Counted from the stretch's first letter, positions 1 to 7,641 are shown. The stretch is DNA of 24,790 nucleotides from a virus (IMGVR_UViG_3300020582_000005); one strand, 5' to 3'. Numbers and translations: made by a program. Notes: generated by a model not told the origin, from the sequence alone.

Positions 1-2
1 GC

Positions 3-461
3 GAAGCACGCACGCTTGCACGTCAATTAATGGATCAGCATGGACTCCAACGTTGGACGTTCCGAATAGATAAATGCAAATCTCGTTTCGGTCATTGCAA
101 CTGGCGTCGTGGTCGTATCTCTCTGTCGGGTCCACTGACCGAATTGAATGATCTAAACACAGTCCGAGATACCATTTTGCACGAGATTGCCCACGCCTTG
201 ACGCCTTTTGCTAATCATAATGCTACTTGGAAATTAAAAGCACGAGAGATCGGTGCTAATCCTATGGCCTGTTATAATTCTGTCAATGTTAAACTTCCTC
301 CGGCACCGTGGCACGCCATTTGCCCAAAGTGTCATCGAGATATTAAGCGATACCGCATGAGTCGTCGCTTGCTGACTGGAAGATACTATTGCAAGTGTGT
401 AAGCTTGCCTGCTGAAGAGGATATGTATTTAAAATGGGAGGGTTTAAAATTCCCGGTTTGA
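3..461 (+). CDS. SprT-like zinc metalloprotease, 5'-truncated
   Basis: HEIAHA zincin motif after 'VRDTILHE', C-terminal CPKC...YYCKC. The frame is open from the window edge (EARTLARQLMDQHGL), so the true start probably lies upstream of base 1. Confidence 0.85.
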   Translation, partial: EARTLARQLMDQHGLQRWTFRIDKCKSRFGHCNWRRGRISLSGPLTELNDLNTVRDTILHEIAHALTPFANHNATWKLKAREIGANPMACYNSVNVKLPPAPWHAICPKCHRDIKRYRMSRRLLTGRYYCKCVSLPAEEDMYLKWEGLKFPV

Positions 462-504
462 TTATGACGAATCAAGAATCGATTTTGAGCAATGGGAGAA
501 TAAG

Positions 505-741
505 GTGATCTGCTCAGAATGCCGAAGGAGAATAGTCCGGACTCATCACTTACAGAGAACGTGTCTGTCTCCCGAGTGTAAGAAGAAACATGCGAAACAT
601 AGGCAACGTTTGTTCGCACGTCATTATTATCATTATCAGGGACGTTGCAAAAATGGATACCAAGTTAAGCCGAGAGCACCACGCAGGCAGTGGCCCACGG
701 TTGATCAGATTTTACTTGACAATAAAATGAGAGGATGCTAA
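505..741 (+). CDS. Hypothetical basic Cys-motif protein
   Basis: GGAG 6 nt before GTG; CSEC and CLSPEC motifs; Arg/Lys-rich. Confidence 0.6.
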   Translation: MICSECRRRIVRTHHLQRTCLSPECKKKHAKHRQRLFARHYYHYQGRCKNGYQVKPRAPRRQWPTVDQILLDNKMRGC

Positions 742-744
742 TTT
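716..744 (+). promoter_or_regulatory. Sigma70-type promoter
   Basis: TTGACA (716-721), 17-bp spacer, TAATTT (739-744). Confidence 0.6.
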
Positions 745-750
745 TCGATC

Positions 751-1215
751 ATGAAAAAGCAAATGAAGTTCCGGCGTCAAGGATGGTGCGAATGCTTTCC
801 GACTGTTGTTGCAATGTTGACAAATCACACGCCACGGTACATCATCAAGCGGATGCTTGCGGTTGTGTCTTACACTTCTTGGGAAGAGTTTGTTAAATTC
901 GGCACGCAGGATATTCCATCGATTGATAAAATGTTCCTCATTGTTCAAGAAATGTTGCCGTGGCTAACTCTTGAGTGTTTTAAAAGACTTTCTTATAATA
1001 TGACGACAGGTTATCAATTAGAGGGATTGGATTTGACTGGCCGTGGTGTTATCACAATCGTGTGCTTATTTACTCGCCACATTGTTGCTTATCAAGATGG
1101 TATAATTTATGATCCTTTTCAGAAGAAACCGATGACTGTGCAGGAGTGGCGTAAAATATTGGATGAGCACGGTTGGACAATCGATTTAGTTCAACCAGAG
1201 AAAACAAATGTGTAG
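751..1215 (+). CDS. Peptidase C39-like (papain-fold) protein
   Basis: Q..W.ECFPTVVAML (Cys nucleophile context) and HIVAYQDGIIYDP (His/Asp) match the C39-like layout. Confidence 0.6.
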   Translation: MKKQMKFRRQGWCECFPTVVAMLTNHTPRYIIKRMLAVVSYTSWEEFVKFGTQDIPSIDKMFLIVQEMLPWLTLECFKRLSYNMTTGYQLEGLDLTGRGVITIVCLFTRHIVAYQDGIIYDPFQKKPMTVQEWRKILDEHGWTIDLVQPEKTNV

Positions 1216-1324
1216 CGAATGTGGATGGGATCAGGAATACGAAATTGATGAAAGTGAAGATCAATACGCTATGAATCCAGATAGCGATCCAAGAGAAGAT
1301 GCTGATAACATACAATACGACTGA
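1208..1324 (+). CDS. Small acidic protein, 38 aa (MCSECGWDQEYEIDESEDQYAMNPDSDPREDADNIQYD)
   Basis: Read by hand and below the ORF-track cutoff; overlaps the upstream stop by 8 nt and the next gene by 26 nt. Confidence 0.45.
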   Translation: MCSECGWDQEYEIDESEDQYAMNPDSDPREDADNIQYD

Positions 1325-1862
1325 GCATCGATTCGAGCTAAGCTTGCTCTCAGGCGCACCGTGGCAAGCTGAGATGGACCTTGCGAAGCAAGCGGGATTC
1401 AAGTGTGATGGTCCCCCCAGTTGGACTTGGGCCACATCTAAAGCATTGATCGTTGCAAAGCTTAAGGAGCACCGGCCTACCGTATTAGAGATTACGCCAC
1501 AAGCATTGGAAGAATTTAACAAGCTGATCCATCAGGAGCAGGAGAATCAGAAGATTATAGATCAGGTTAAAGAATTAAAGAAGGAGCAGCGCAAAAAAGA
1601 AAAGAAAGCTGAGCGAGTAGAAGAATTACTAACTAGTATACCTGCATACTGGCAAGGTAAGGATCAAATCGGTCGAGAGGATTTGCCTCAAGAATTAATT
1701 GAACGATTGAGCAAAAGAACAATGTTGACAATAGGAAAATCATCTAATACACTATGTCAGTATTGCCATGAGCCAGTTTACTTTTATGAGAAACAGGACC
1801 CACCGACGTGCATTTCGTGTGAACTAGATTTTGAGCAATTTCAAAAGGAGACAGGATTATGA
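1299..1862 (+). CDS. Hypothetical protein (N-terminal AK.AGF..W module, coiled coil, C-terminal CxxC..CxxC)
   Basis: 187-aa ORF with ATGA coupling to the next gene; CQYC...CISC. Confidence 0.7.
   Translation: MLITYNTTEHRFELSLLSGAPWQAEMDLAKQAGFKCDGPPSWTWATSKALIVAKLKEHRPTVLEITPQALEEFNKLIHQEQENQKIIDQVKELKKEQRKKEKKAERVEELLTSIPAYWQGKDQIGREDLPQELIERLSKRTMLTIGKSSNTLCQYCHEPVYFYEKQDPPTCISCELDFEQFQKETGL
1725..1753 (+). promoter_or_regulatory. Possible internal sigma70 promoter
   Basis: TTGACA (1725-1730), 17 bp, TACACT (1748-1753), inside a CDS. Confidence 0.35.
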
Positions 1863-2077
1863 CGCAGCTAGTTGAAGTCAAGCGATACAATTCAGTTGGG
1901 CAGTTTCTTTGTGCATATCAGGACGAAGTCATTGTTAAGGATTCACCCGAGTATCCCGATCTGAAAACGCAATTGAAAGCTGAGCAATGGACCTTGTCGC
2001 TCCCATCCGATCAAAAGTTAGATGAGCGTATTCTGCCCCGATTATTTGAAATAAAAAGCTTGACACGCAAGCGGTAA
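1859..2077 (+). CDS. Hypothetical protein
   Basis: ATGA overlap with the upstream gene; GGA upstream. Confidence 0.65.
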   Translation: MTQLVEVKRYNSVGQFLCAYQDEVIVKDSPEYPDLKTQLKAEQWTLSLPSDQKLDERILPRLFEIKSLTRKR

Positions 2078-2088
2078 TTTGGTAATAT
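2051..2088 (+). promoter_or_regulatory. Sigma70-type promoter with conserved upstream motif
   Basis: ATAAAAAGC-TTGACA (2060-2065), 17 bp, TAATAT (2083-2088); AAGGAG RBS follows. Confidence 0.8.
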
Positions 2089-2106
2089 ACTCTTAAGGAG
2101 ACACAA

Positions 2107-2361
2107 ATGAAAGCCAAAGTATTTCCAGCAAAGCCGAATGAAGATGAAGTTTTTCTGGCACTTGTGCAAGAGAATGATCGTGAGCTTCTTCTTATGTTGG
2201 CAGACTCAAATGGCAAACCGATTGAAGATTCGGAGATTTTGCGAATCGCTCCAGACTTTATAGAAGGAAAACTTCGAATCTTGAAGATTACCGGTCGTCA
2301 GTCGATTAAAGCAATCACGTCTAAATTTGTAATGGATGGGACGCAAGTTAAGGTTTTCTAA
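2107..2361 (+). CDS. Hypothetical protein
   Basis: Strong AAGGAG RBS, directly downstream of a promoter. Confidence 0.75.
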   Translation: MKAKVFPAKPNEDEVFLALVQENDRELLLMLADSNGKPIEDSEILRIAPDFIEGKLRILKITGRQSIKAITSKFVMDGTQVKVF

Positions 2362-2504
2362 TGCCTAAGAAGTTTACACAGGCGAACGAAGCACGGCGAC
2401 GTTCTCGTAATGTCCTGGGAACGTTGCCGCAGACTCGGGTGATTCAGGATAAGCGGCGTAAGCCAGCAAAGCATAAGAAACCACTGCGGAGTGACGATGT
2501 TTAA
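2361..2504 (+). CDS. Small basic protein, 47 aa (MPKKFTQANEARRRSRNVLGTLPQTRVIQDKRRKPAKHKKPLRSDDV)
   Basis: Read by hand; TAATG coupling fills the gap between neighbours exactly. Confidence 0.6.
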   Translation: MPKKFTQANEARRRSRNVLGTLPQTRVIQDKRRKPAKHKKPLRSDDV

Positions 2505-2805
2505 ATACGAGGACTATGCTGATGGTGCCCTGCTAGACAATGGCGGTAATTTGATTACCGAATCATTGCAGGAAGCAGCCCAGAGTGCCTTGTATCCGTC
2601 AAAGCGACAAAATAAGGAATCAAAGAATGAGAAATGTCAGGAGTGTCACATTCCGTTGTCTATTCCGGGTTCAATGTATTGCGATGTGTGCTCTGCTATG
2701 CGTGACTCTCTTAATCAAACTGGTTATTTCAACAAAGTCCACCTAGAGTGGGAAGAGGAAAATCAATCCAGGGCGAGTCACAAGCGCCAGATAATGGGGG
2801 AGTAA
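2497..2805 (+). CDS. Hypothetical protein with CxxC...CxxC motif
   Basis: GGAG 5 nt before ATG 2497; CQEC and CDVC. Confidence 0.65.
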   Translation: MFKYEDYADGALLDNGGNLITESLQEAAQSALYPSKRQNKESKNEKCQECHIPLSIPGSMYCDVCSAMRDSLNQTGYFNKVHLEWEEENQSRASHKRQIMGE

Positions 2806-3158
2806 TGAAAAGTTGTGCAAAGAAATTTCCTTCTGGCACCATACACGGACGCTATGATAGTAAAGTGTGCCCATCTTGCTCAATTCCTGAAAAATCCACA
2901 GCTGTGCAGGACGATTTTGTGTGGGATTTACCCGCACGTTACAAGCATGACGCATGTCCAAATTGCCGATATCTCGGTCGCTTTAACGATTACGATTTGT
3001 ACTACTGCGAAGGTATAATGACTAAGACTGTTCTGGCTAGATTCTCCCATGAACCATCAGGTTATTCGAGTGGATGGGGATCAAGCTTAGCTCCGTTGCT
3101 TGTAGCCGAAGCTCTTGCATATCGGCAGAACCTTGTCAGTAAGGATAAAATCGGATGA
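2805..3158 (+). CDS. Hypothetical Cys-motif protein
   Basis: GGGGAG-TAATG start at 2805 (ORF-track start 2748 trimmed); CPSC and HDACPNCRYLG. Confidence 0.65.
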   Translation: MKSCAKKFPSGTIHGRYDSKVCPSCSIPEKSTAVQDDFVWDLPARYKHDACPNCRYLGRFNDYDLYYCEGIMTKTVLARFSHEPSGYSSGWGSSLAPLLVAEALAYRQNLVSKDKIG

Positions 3159-3322
3159 GTCTACCGAAAGAAAAATTCGTCCCAAAGCCGTCTAAGTACG
3201 ATCAGCTGCTAAAAGGTTTAAATGAGTTAATTATTAAGTGGCGAGCCGAAGCCCCTTGGGAGATACAATGGGACGTGGCTGCTTGTGAATTAGAGTCTGT
3301 CATTAATAAGGTAATTAAATGA
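3155..3322 (+). CDS. Hypothetical protein, 55 aa
   Basis: Read by hand; ATGA overlaps at both ends. Confidence 0.6.
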   Translation: MSLPKEKFVPKPSKYDQLLKGLNELIIKWRAEAPWEIQWDVAACELESVINKVIK

Positions 3323-4065
3323 TTACAATAATCGGTGACGTACATGGCAAGACTCACGTCTACCAGAAGCGTCTACGTCAGCATTATGAAGGCAAACGGA
3401 CGATTCAGATCGGCGACATGGGTATCGGATTCAAGGGTGTCGGTCTGCATGAAATGCCGATGAATCATCGTTGGTTTCGTGGCAATCATGACAATCCGGA
3501 GTTATGCCGACAGCACCCCAATTATCTTGGCGATTACGGCTATTTGCCTGAGGATTGCCTATTCTGGCTAGCAGGTGCGTGGTCTATTGACCGTGCTATG
3601 CGTATTACCGGTGTCAGTTGGTGGCCCGACGAAGAGTTATCTATTAAGGAGTTGGGCGAAGCGTTGTATCTTTATGAACAAGTAAAGCCGGAGTATGTTA
3701 TTTCACACGAGGCTCCGCAAGAGGCCGCACGCTATTTAATAGGATCAACAGGTTCCGATGCTGGATATTTTAAAACTAAGATGGGCTGCATAGAGACTCG
3801 CACTAGCACAGCATTGCAGGCGATGCTCGATCTTCATCAGCCGAAGGAATGGGTGTTTGGTCATTATCACGTCAACATGCAATTTCAGATTTTTAATAAA
3901 CAGGGTGAGGTGCTTAAGACGAAATTTACTTGTGTCGGTGAATTAGGTGAGTATACTTTACGTACGGAGCTGTTATGCACTCGCTGTAAACAGGAGCGAT
4001 CTATGCACTCGATGGAGCCGCCTTATGATACGGATGATTGTCCTGGTTTTTCTTATATTCGTTAA
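3319..4065 (+). CDS. Calcineurin-like metallophosphoesterase
   Basis: All five motifs present: GDVHG, GDMG, GNHD, SHE, GHYH. Confidence 0.9.
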   Translation: MITIIGDVHGKTHVYQKRLRQHYEGKRTIQIGDMGIGFKGVGLHEMPMNHRWFRGNHDNPELCRQHPNYLGDYGYLPEDCLFWLAGAWSIDRAMRITGVSWWPDEELSIKELGEALYLYEQVKPEYVISHEAPQEAARYLIGSTGSDAGYFKTKMGCIETRTSTALQAMLDLHQPKEWVFGHYHVNMQFQIFNKQGEVLKTKFTCVGELGEYTLRTELLCTRCKQERSMHSMEPPYDTDDCPGFSYIR

Positions 4066-4153
4066 TTGCTATTGTCCGCTACCGCACCGGGACAAGTGTG
4101 ATTGCTCTAAGCATATTTGTTCGTGGTGCGATCCAATAGAAAGTTTGAAATAA
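4025..4153 (+). CDS. Small signal-peptide-like, Cys-rich protein, 42 aa (MIRMIVLVFLIFVNCYCPLPHRDKCDCSKHICSWCDPIESLK)
   Basis: GGAG 7 nt before ATG 4025; hydrophobic N-terminus followed by 6 Cys; overlaps the 3' end of the phosphoesterase. Confidence 0.4.
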   Translation: MIRMIVLVFLIFVNCYCPLPHRDKCDCSKHICSWCDPIESLK

Positions 4154-4185
4154 AGCTTGACAAGATTTCAGAATTATGAGACTAT
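4148..4185 (+). promoter_or_regulatory. Sigma70-type promoter with conserved upstream motif
   Basis: AAATAAAGC-TTGACA (4157-4162), 17 bp, TGa-GACTAT (4180-4185). Confidence 0.7.
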
Positions 4186-4204
4186 CAGGATAGGAGATGA
4201 AAAG

Positions 4205-5068
4205 ATGAAGCCCATGTTGGCGGCACTCTGCGAAGATATCACCAAGCTTCGTTATCCAGTAATCGCTAGTCCAAAGCTAGATGGCATTCGAGCACTTGTT
4301 TTGAATGGTCAGCTTGTCAGTCGCACGTTAAAACCAATTCCGAATCGGCATGTACAGAAGCTATTTGCTGGTTTGCCTGAGGGTACCGATGGCGAGTTGA
4401 TTATGGGTGCTGCGAACGACGATCCTTATCGACGCACCGTCAGTGCAGTTATGTCTGAGGATGGCGAGCCAGATGTTCATTACTATGTGTTCGATAATTT
4501 TCTGGCAAATGGGACATTTATAGATAGATTTTATAAAGTTCAGTATTTGGAAGAGCATAAAAATGTTAACGTAGTGTTGCATGAAGGAGTAACGGATGCT
4601 GATGATTTAGCATCATTTGAAACTAAGTGCATCGAGATGGGTTTCGAAGGAGCAATGATCCGTGATCCTAACGGTCCATATAAATTTGGCCGAAGCACCG
4701 CAAAAGAGGGCTACCTTCTAAAGCTTAAGCGTTATCGGGATTCGGATGCTAAGATTCTAAGTACCTATGAATTGATGCACAACGGTAATGAAGCAACGAC
4801 AAACGCTCTCGGACGTACTGAGCGATCATCACATCAAGAAAATAAGACAGGTTTGAACGCTCTTGGTGGATTCGAATTGAGAGATATTCATTCCGGAGTC
4901 GAGTTTCGTTGCGGTACCGGCTTAACGCAGAATGATCGAGAGGCATTGTGGGATACCCGAGAGGAATTGATCGGCAAGATTATCAAATACAAGTTTTTTC
5001 CGACTGGCAGTAAGGATAAGCCAAGGCATCCGGTATTCCTAGGTTTTCGAAGTAAACTTGATTTGTGA
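4205..5068 (+). CDS. lig: ATP-dependent DNA ligase (minimal, PBCV-1-like)
   Basis: SPKLDGIR (motif I KxDG), DGELI, YYVFD, FEGAMIR, LLKLK, RHPVFLGFR; AGGAG RBS before ATG 4205. Confidence 0.95.
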   Translation: MKPMLAALCEDITKLRYPVIASPKLDGIRALVLNGQLVSRTLKPIPNRHVQKLFAGLPEGTDGELIMGAANDDPYRRTVSAVMSEDGEPDVHYYVFDNFLANGTFIDRFYKVQYLEEHKNVNVVLHEGVTDADDLASFETKCIEMGFEGAMIRDPNGPYKFGRSTAKEGYLLKLKRYRDSDAKILSTYELMHNGNEATTNALGRTERSSHQENKTGLNALGGFELRDIHSGVEFRCGTGLTQNDREALWDTREELIGKIIKYKFFPTGSKDKPRHPVFLGFRSKLDL

Positions 5069-5078
5069 GGGCAATAAA

Positions 5079-5393
5079 ATGGCTTACAAATATCGAACAG
5101 ATTATACGATTCTGGAGTGGCATGATTTAGGTTCGCTAGCTGTTCTTTTAAACCGAATGGTTAATGATGGTTGGCGAGTCGAGAATCATAAGCTTAGTGC
5201 TGGTGACGATAAAAGTGGTTGGACTATTTTCGTTCGTACAGTTACACTCGATCAACCTTTACTGGAACGAACGATCAATGTCGGTGAAGTTTACCGTATC
5301 CTGAACGCCCGTTTGACGCCGGGATCAGAAGAGTCTCGACAAATGGATGCCGATATTAAGAAAGTGGTCCGTCTGCCGGGAGACGAAAGATAA
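5079..5393 (+). CDS. Hypothetical protein
   Basis: GAGG RBS before ATG 5079. Confidence 0.65.
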   Translation: MAYKYRTDYTILEWHDLGSLAVLLNRMVNDGWRVENHKLSAGDDKSGWTIFVRTVTLDQPLLERTINVGEVYRILNARLTPGSEESRQMDADIKKVVRLPGDER

Positions 5394-5424
5394 AGCTTGA
5401 CAATTAACTGGAAAATGCTATGAT
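5388..5424 (+). promoter_or_regulatory. Sigma70-type promoter with conserved upstream motif
   Basis: AGATAAAGC-TTGACA (5397-5402), 16 bp, TGc-TATGAT (5419-5424; extended -10). Confidence 0.75.
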
Positions 5425-5494
5425 TACTTTAGATAGCTTGAAAGCAGGTTCATGGATTTCTTCGGGATGGATAGATAATTCAAAAGGAGATAAA

Positions 5495-6115
5495 ATGCAG
5501 ATCAGAGAAGCAGCAAAAGTACAGAATAGGCAAACCACATGGTACGTAATCGGTGACTCTGGCACAGAGTACATCGTTCACAACAAACGTAATGCAGTTA
5601 GTCATCACAAGGTGTGGACGTGCAACTGTCCAGACTTTACTGAGCGTCGGCAATTCAAGAATCAGGAGTGTAAGCACATCTTGGAAGTTCGAAATTTCGT
5701 CAACTTGAAGGTTGCAGTACAGGCAGCGGAAGCGGCTGAATGTGCTTTGTCCGATGCGTCAGTTAAGAATGTTCTCAACTTGATTGTTAAGATTTTAAAC
5801 GGTCCACGAGCCGAGGCTAGACAGTTGTGGGATGTTTTGACTATTTTGCGTGGTCCTGATAACGACGATCTTGATCTGAAAGAGAAAACAACGGCTGCAC
5901 TCCGGGGAGCCATTGGACTTTTTTCAAACAGCCGTACTGGAGCGGTTGTCTCTAGTGAAAAACCATTCGGCTATAATTTCGACTTATGGAACGGATCGAA
6001 TGATTATTACCGGCTGATTAGTGAGTTGACTAAACAGCATAATGCACAGAAACATTTTGCCATCCATTATCGGTCGGCTTTAATAACGTTGAAATCTCTC
6101 GGCTACATCAAGTAG
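5495..6115 (+). CDS. SWIM zinc-finger protein with uncharacterised C-terminal domain
   Basis: WTCNCPDF...CKHI = SWIM CxCxnCxH; AAGGAG RBS before ATG 5495. Confidence 0.75.
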   Translation: MQIREAAKVQNRQTTWYVIGDSGTEYIVHNKRNAVSHHKVWTCNCPDFTERRQFKNQECKHILEVRNFVNLKVAVQAAEAAECALSDASVKNVLNLIVKILNGPRAEARQLWDVLTILRGPDNDDLDLKEKTTAALRGAIGLFSNSRTGAVVSSEKPFGYNFDLWNGSNDYYRLISELTKQHNAQKHFAIHYRSALITLKSLGYIK

Positions 6116-6302
6116 CTTGTTTTCCTGAGGCCGTTGCGGGGAACACTTTGACCGTGCCTCTTGTAAAGACCGGTTACGGCTAAGAGCGGGAATTAGGCAA
6201 CCAGCAGCGGGAAAGCGAAAGCTGAAGTCACACAGTGGCACCGAAAAGGTACCGTTGGCTGCTCCCTGGACCGTCAGTCGAAGCAAAGGACCGGCAAATC
6301 TT
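6116..6302 (+). ncRNA. Candidate structured non-coding RNA or cis-regulatory leader
   Basis: Only long intergenic gap in the window; about 56% GC (101/180 for 6121-6300); several hand-foldable stems and a GAAA tetraloop. No family assigned. Confidence 0.45.
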
Positions 6303-6314
6303 AGGAGTCAATAA

Positions 6315-6548
6315 ATGTTCGATCCTGAAAGCTTGATGTTTCAAACCGATTGGAAACCGCTTGAGGATCGGTTCAGGCGTCGAGCGGAAGAGGCTGTCGC
6401 ACGTGGTGAGATAAGCAACATTTATCAGCATCAGGAAGTTGTCACGGTTGAATCCGTTATCGATCCGAAGATAGCATCATCGGCATACGAATTGGGTAAA
6501 GCTGTAGGTCAGACAGTCGGCTTGATTTTAAAATCAAAGGAGACGTGA
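6315..6548 (+). CDS. Hypothetical protein
   Basis: AGGAG RBS at 6303-6307. Confidence 0.7.
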   Translation: MFDPESLMFQTDWKPLEDRFRRRAEEAVARGEISNIYQHQEVVTVESVIDPKIASSAYELGKAVGQTVGLILKSKET

Positions 6549-6835
6549 TGGAACCGAAGGCGATCCGGGTAATTTCTAAGCCAAGAGTGTTGGAAGCACC
6601 ATATCAGCTAGGAATGGAAGATGACGGTACTCGTGAAGAGTCACCTGCACCGGTTAAAAAATCGGTAGAGACGTACGAGCAGCGAATATCAAAAATGACC
6701 AACAGGCAATTGCGTCACGAAGTCCAAAAGGGAATTAAGGGAGAGTTGACCGGCTACCGTGCCGTCGCCGAGTCGGTCGTATTGGATGTGCTCCTAGAAA
6801 GCTTCAAGAATGGAATGAAGCCGTTCGTTAGCTAA
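6548..6835 (+). CDS. Hypothetical protein
   Basis: AGGAG upstream; GTGATG coupling. Confidence 0.7.
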   Translation: MEPKAIRVISKPRVLEAPYQLGMEDDGTREESPAPVKKSVETYEQRISKMTNRQLRHEVQKGIKGELTGYRAVAESVVLDVLLESFKNGMKPFVS

Positions 6836-6904
6836 GATGTTGTTTGTCATTATCTTGTTTCTAATAGCTTACATAAGCTTGGCAGACGTGGTCTGGAGAT
6901 CACC

Positions 6905-7033
6905 ATGCAAGAAAAACTCATCAGAGGAAATTATCATCAAGAAAAAGAAAGAATAGAGCGTCGAGAATTCAAATTGTTATTGTCTTTGATTCATAAACTT
7001 AAAACAGCAACAGCGGTGCTGGAGCGAATATGA
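6905..7033 (+). CDS. Hypothetical protein, 42 aa
   Basis: Read by hand; GGAG RBS; ATGA coupling to the next ORF. Confidence 0.45.
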   Translation: MQEKLIRGNYHQEKERIERREFKLLLSLIHKLKTATAVLERI

Positions 7034-7197
7034 AGTGGATCGCTCAAATGTGGAGATGGCTTTATCCAACACCGCCAATGTGGGTGGATTCTACTGTGTT
7101 TGAGTACTATCATCGAACAGTCGAGCGTAAACAGCACTGGAGTGAACGTACCGACTTAAAACTGCAGCAGAAAATGCCTTATTCGCCTTGTCAATAA
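7030..7197 (+). CDS. Hypothetical protein, 55 aa (MKWIAQMWRWLYP...)
   Basis: Read by hand; GGAG upstream; ATGA overlap. Confidence 0.5.
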   Translation: MKWIAQMWRWLYPTPPMWVDSTVFEYYHRTVERKQHWSERTDLKLQQKMPYSPCQ

Positions 7198-7225
7198 TCG
7201 TGTACCCTCTCCCGCCACTTTGGGA
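7196..7225 (+). repeat. 30-bp imperfect direct repeat, copy A
   Basis: AATCGTGTACCCTC-tcccgcc-ACTTTGGGA; 25/30 identical to 7603-7632. Confidence 0.85.
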
Positions 7226-7641
7226 TGACAGCGAGAGAGCGGATACTATTGCTTTGGTTTCAATTGACGGTTCCAGAATGGGACCTAATTGACGCATATC
7301 AGAATCACGTCTGTTTCATATGCGGTAAGCCCAATAAATCAGGTAAGCGACTCTCTACAGACCATGATCATAGAAAGACGGGTCCAACCGCCGGTTTAAT
7401 CCGTGGACTGCTCTGCGCCACTTGCAATCGTATCTTAGGAAAAATTGAGGACCCCAGATTTTGGCGAGATGATTTAATTTCTAAGCTAGAACGTCTGATT
7501 CTTTACCTTAAAAATCCACCGGCAGTCAAAGCTCTTGGAAGAAGTGTATTCATATTTCCCGGTAAATTAGGGACCGACGTACATCGAGCATGGTTGAAGA
7601 AAAATCGTGTACCCTCAGCGACTACTTTGGGAAGAACATGA
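7225..7641 (+). CDS. Recombination endonuclease VII family (His-Me finger) nuclease
   Basis: CFICG...LSTDHDH...RGLLCATCNRILG, the EndoVII signature. Confidence 0.9.
   Translation: MTARERILLLWFQLTVPEWDLIDAYQNHVCFICGKPNKSGKRLSTDHDHRKTGPTAGLIRGLLCATCNRILGKIEDPRFWRDDLISKLERLILYLKNPPAVKALGRSVFIFPGKLGTDVHRAWLKKNRVPSATTLGRT
7603..7632 (+). repeat. 30-bp imperfect direct repeat, copy B
   Basis: AATCGTGTACCCTC-agcgact-ACTTTGGGA; lies in the last codons of the EndoVII ORF. Confidence 0.85.

Noticed and set aside
6116-6302. Assignment to glycine, SAM-I, c-di-AMP, c-di-GMP or cobalamin riboswitch, or HDV-like ribozyme
   Set aside because: Only isolated words match (CACCGAA, GGCAACC, CCGTCAG, GGCTAAG); the required flanking stems and motif order are missing.
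7030-7641. Stop-codon readthrough or recoding joining 7030-7197 to EndoVII (same frame, one TAA)
   Set aside because: TAA, TAG and TGA all act as stops at tightly coupled junctions throughout the window, and EndoVII is complete from 7225.
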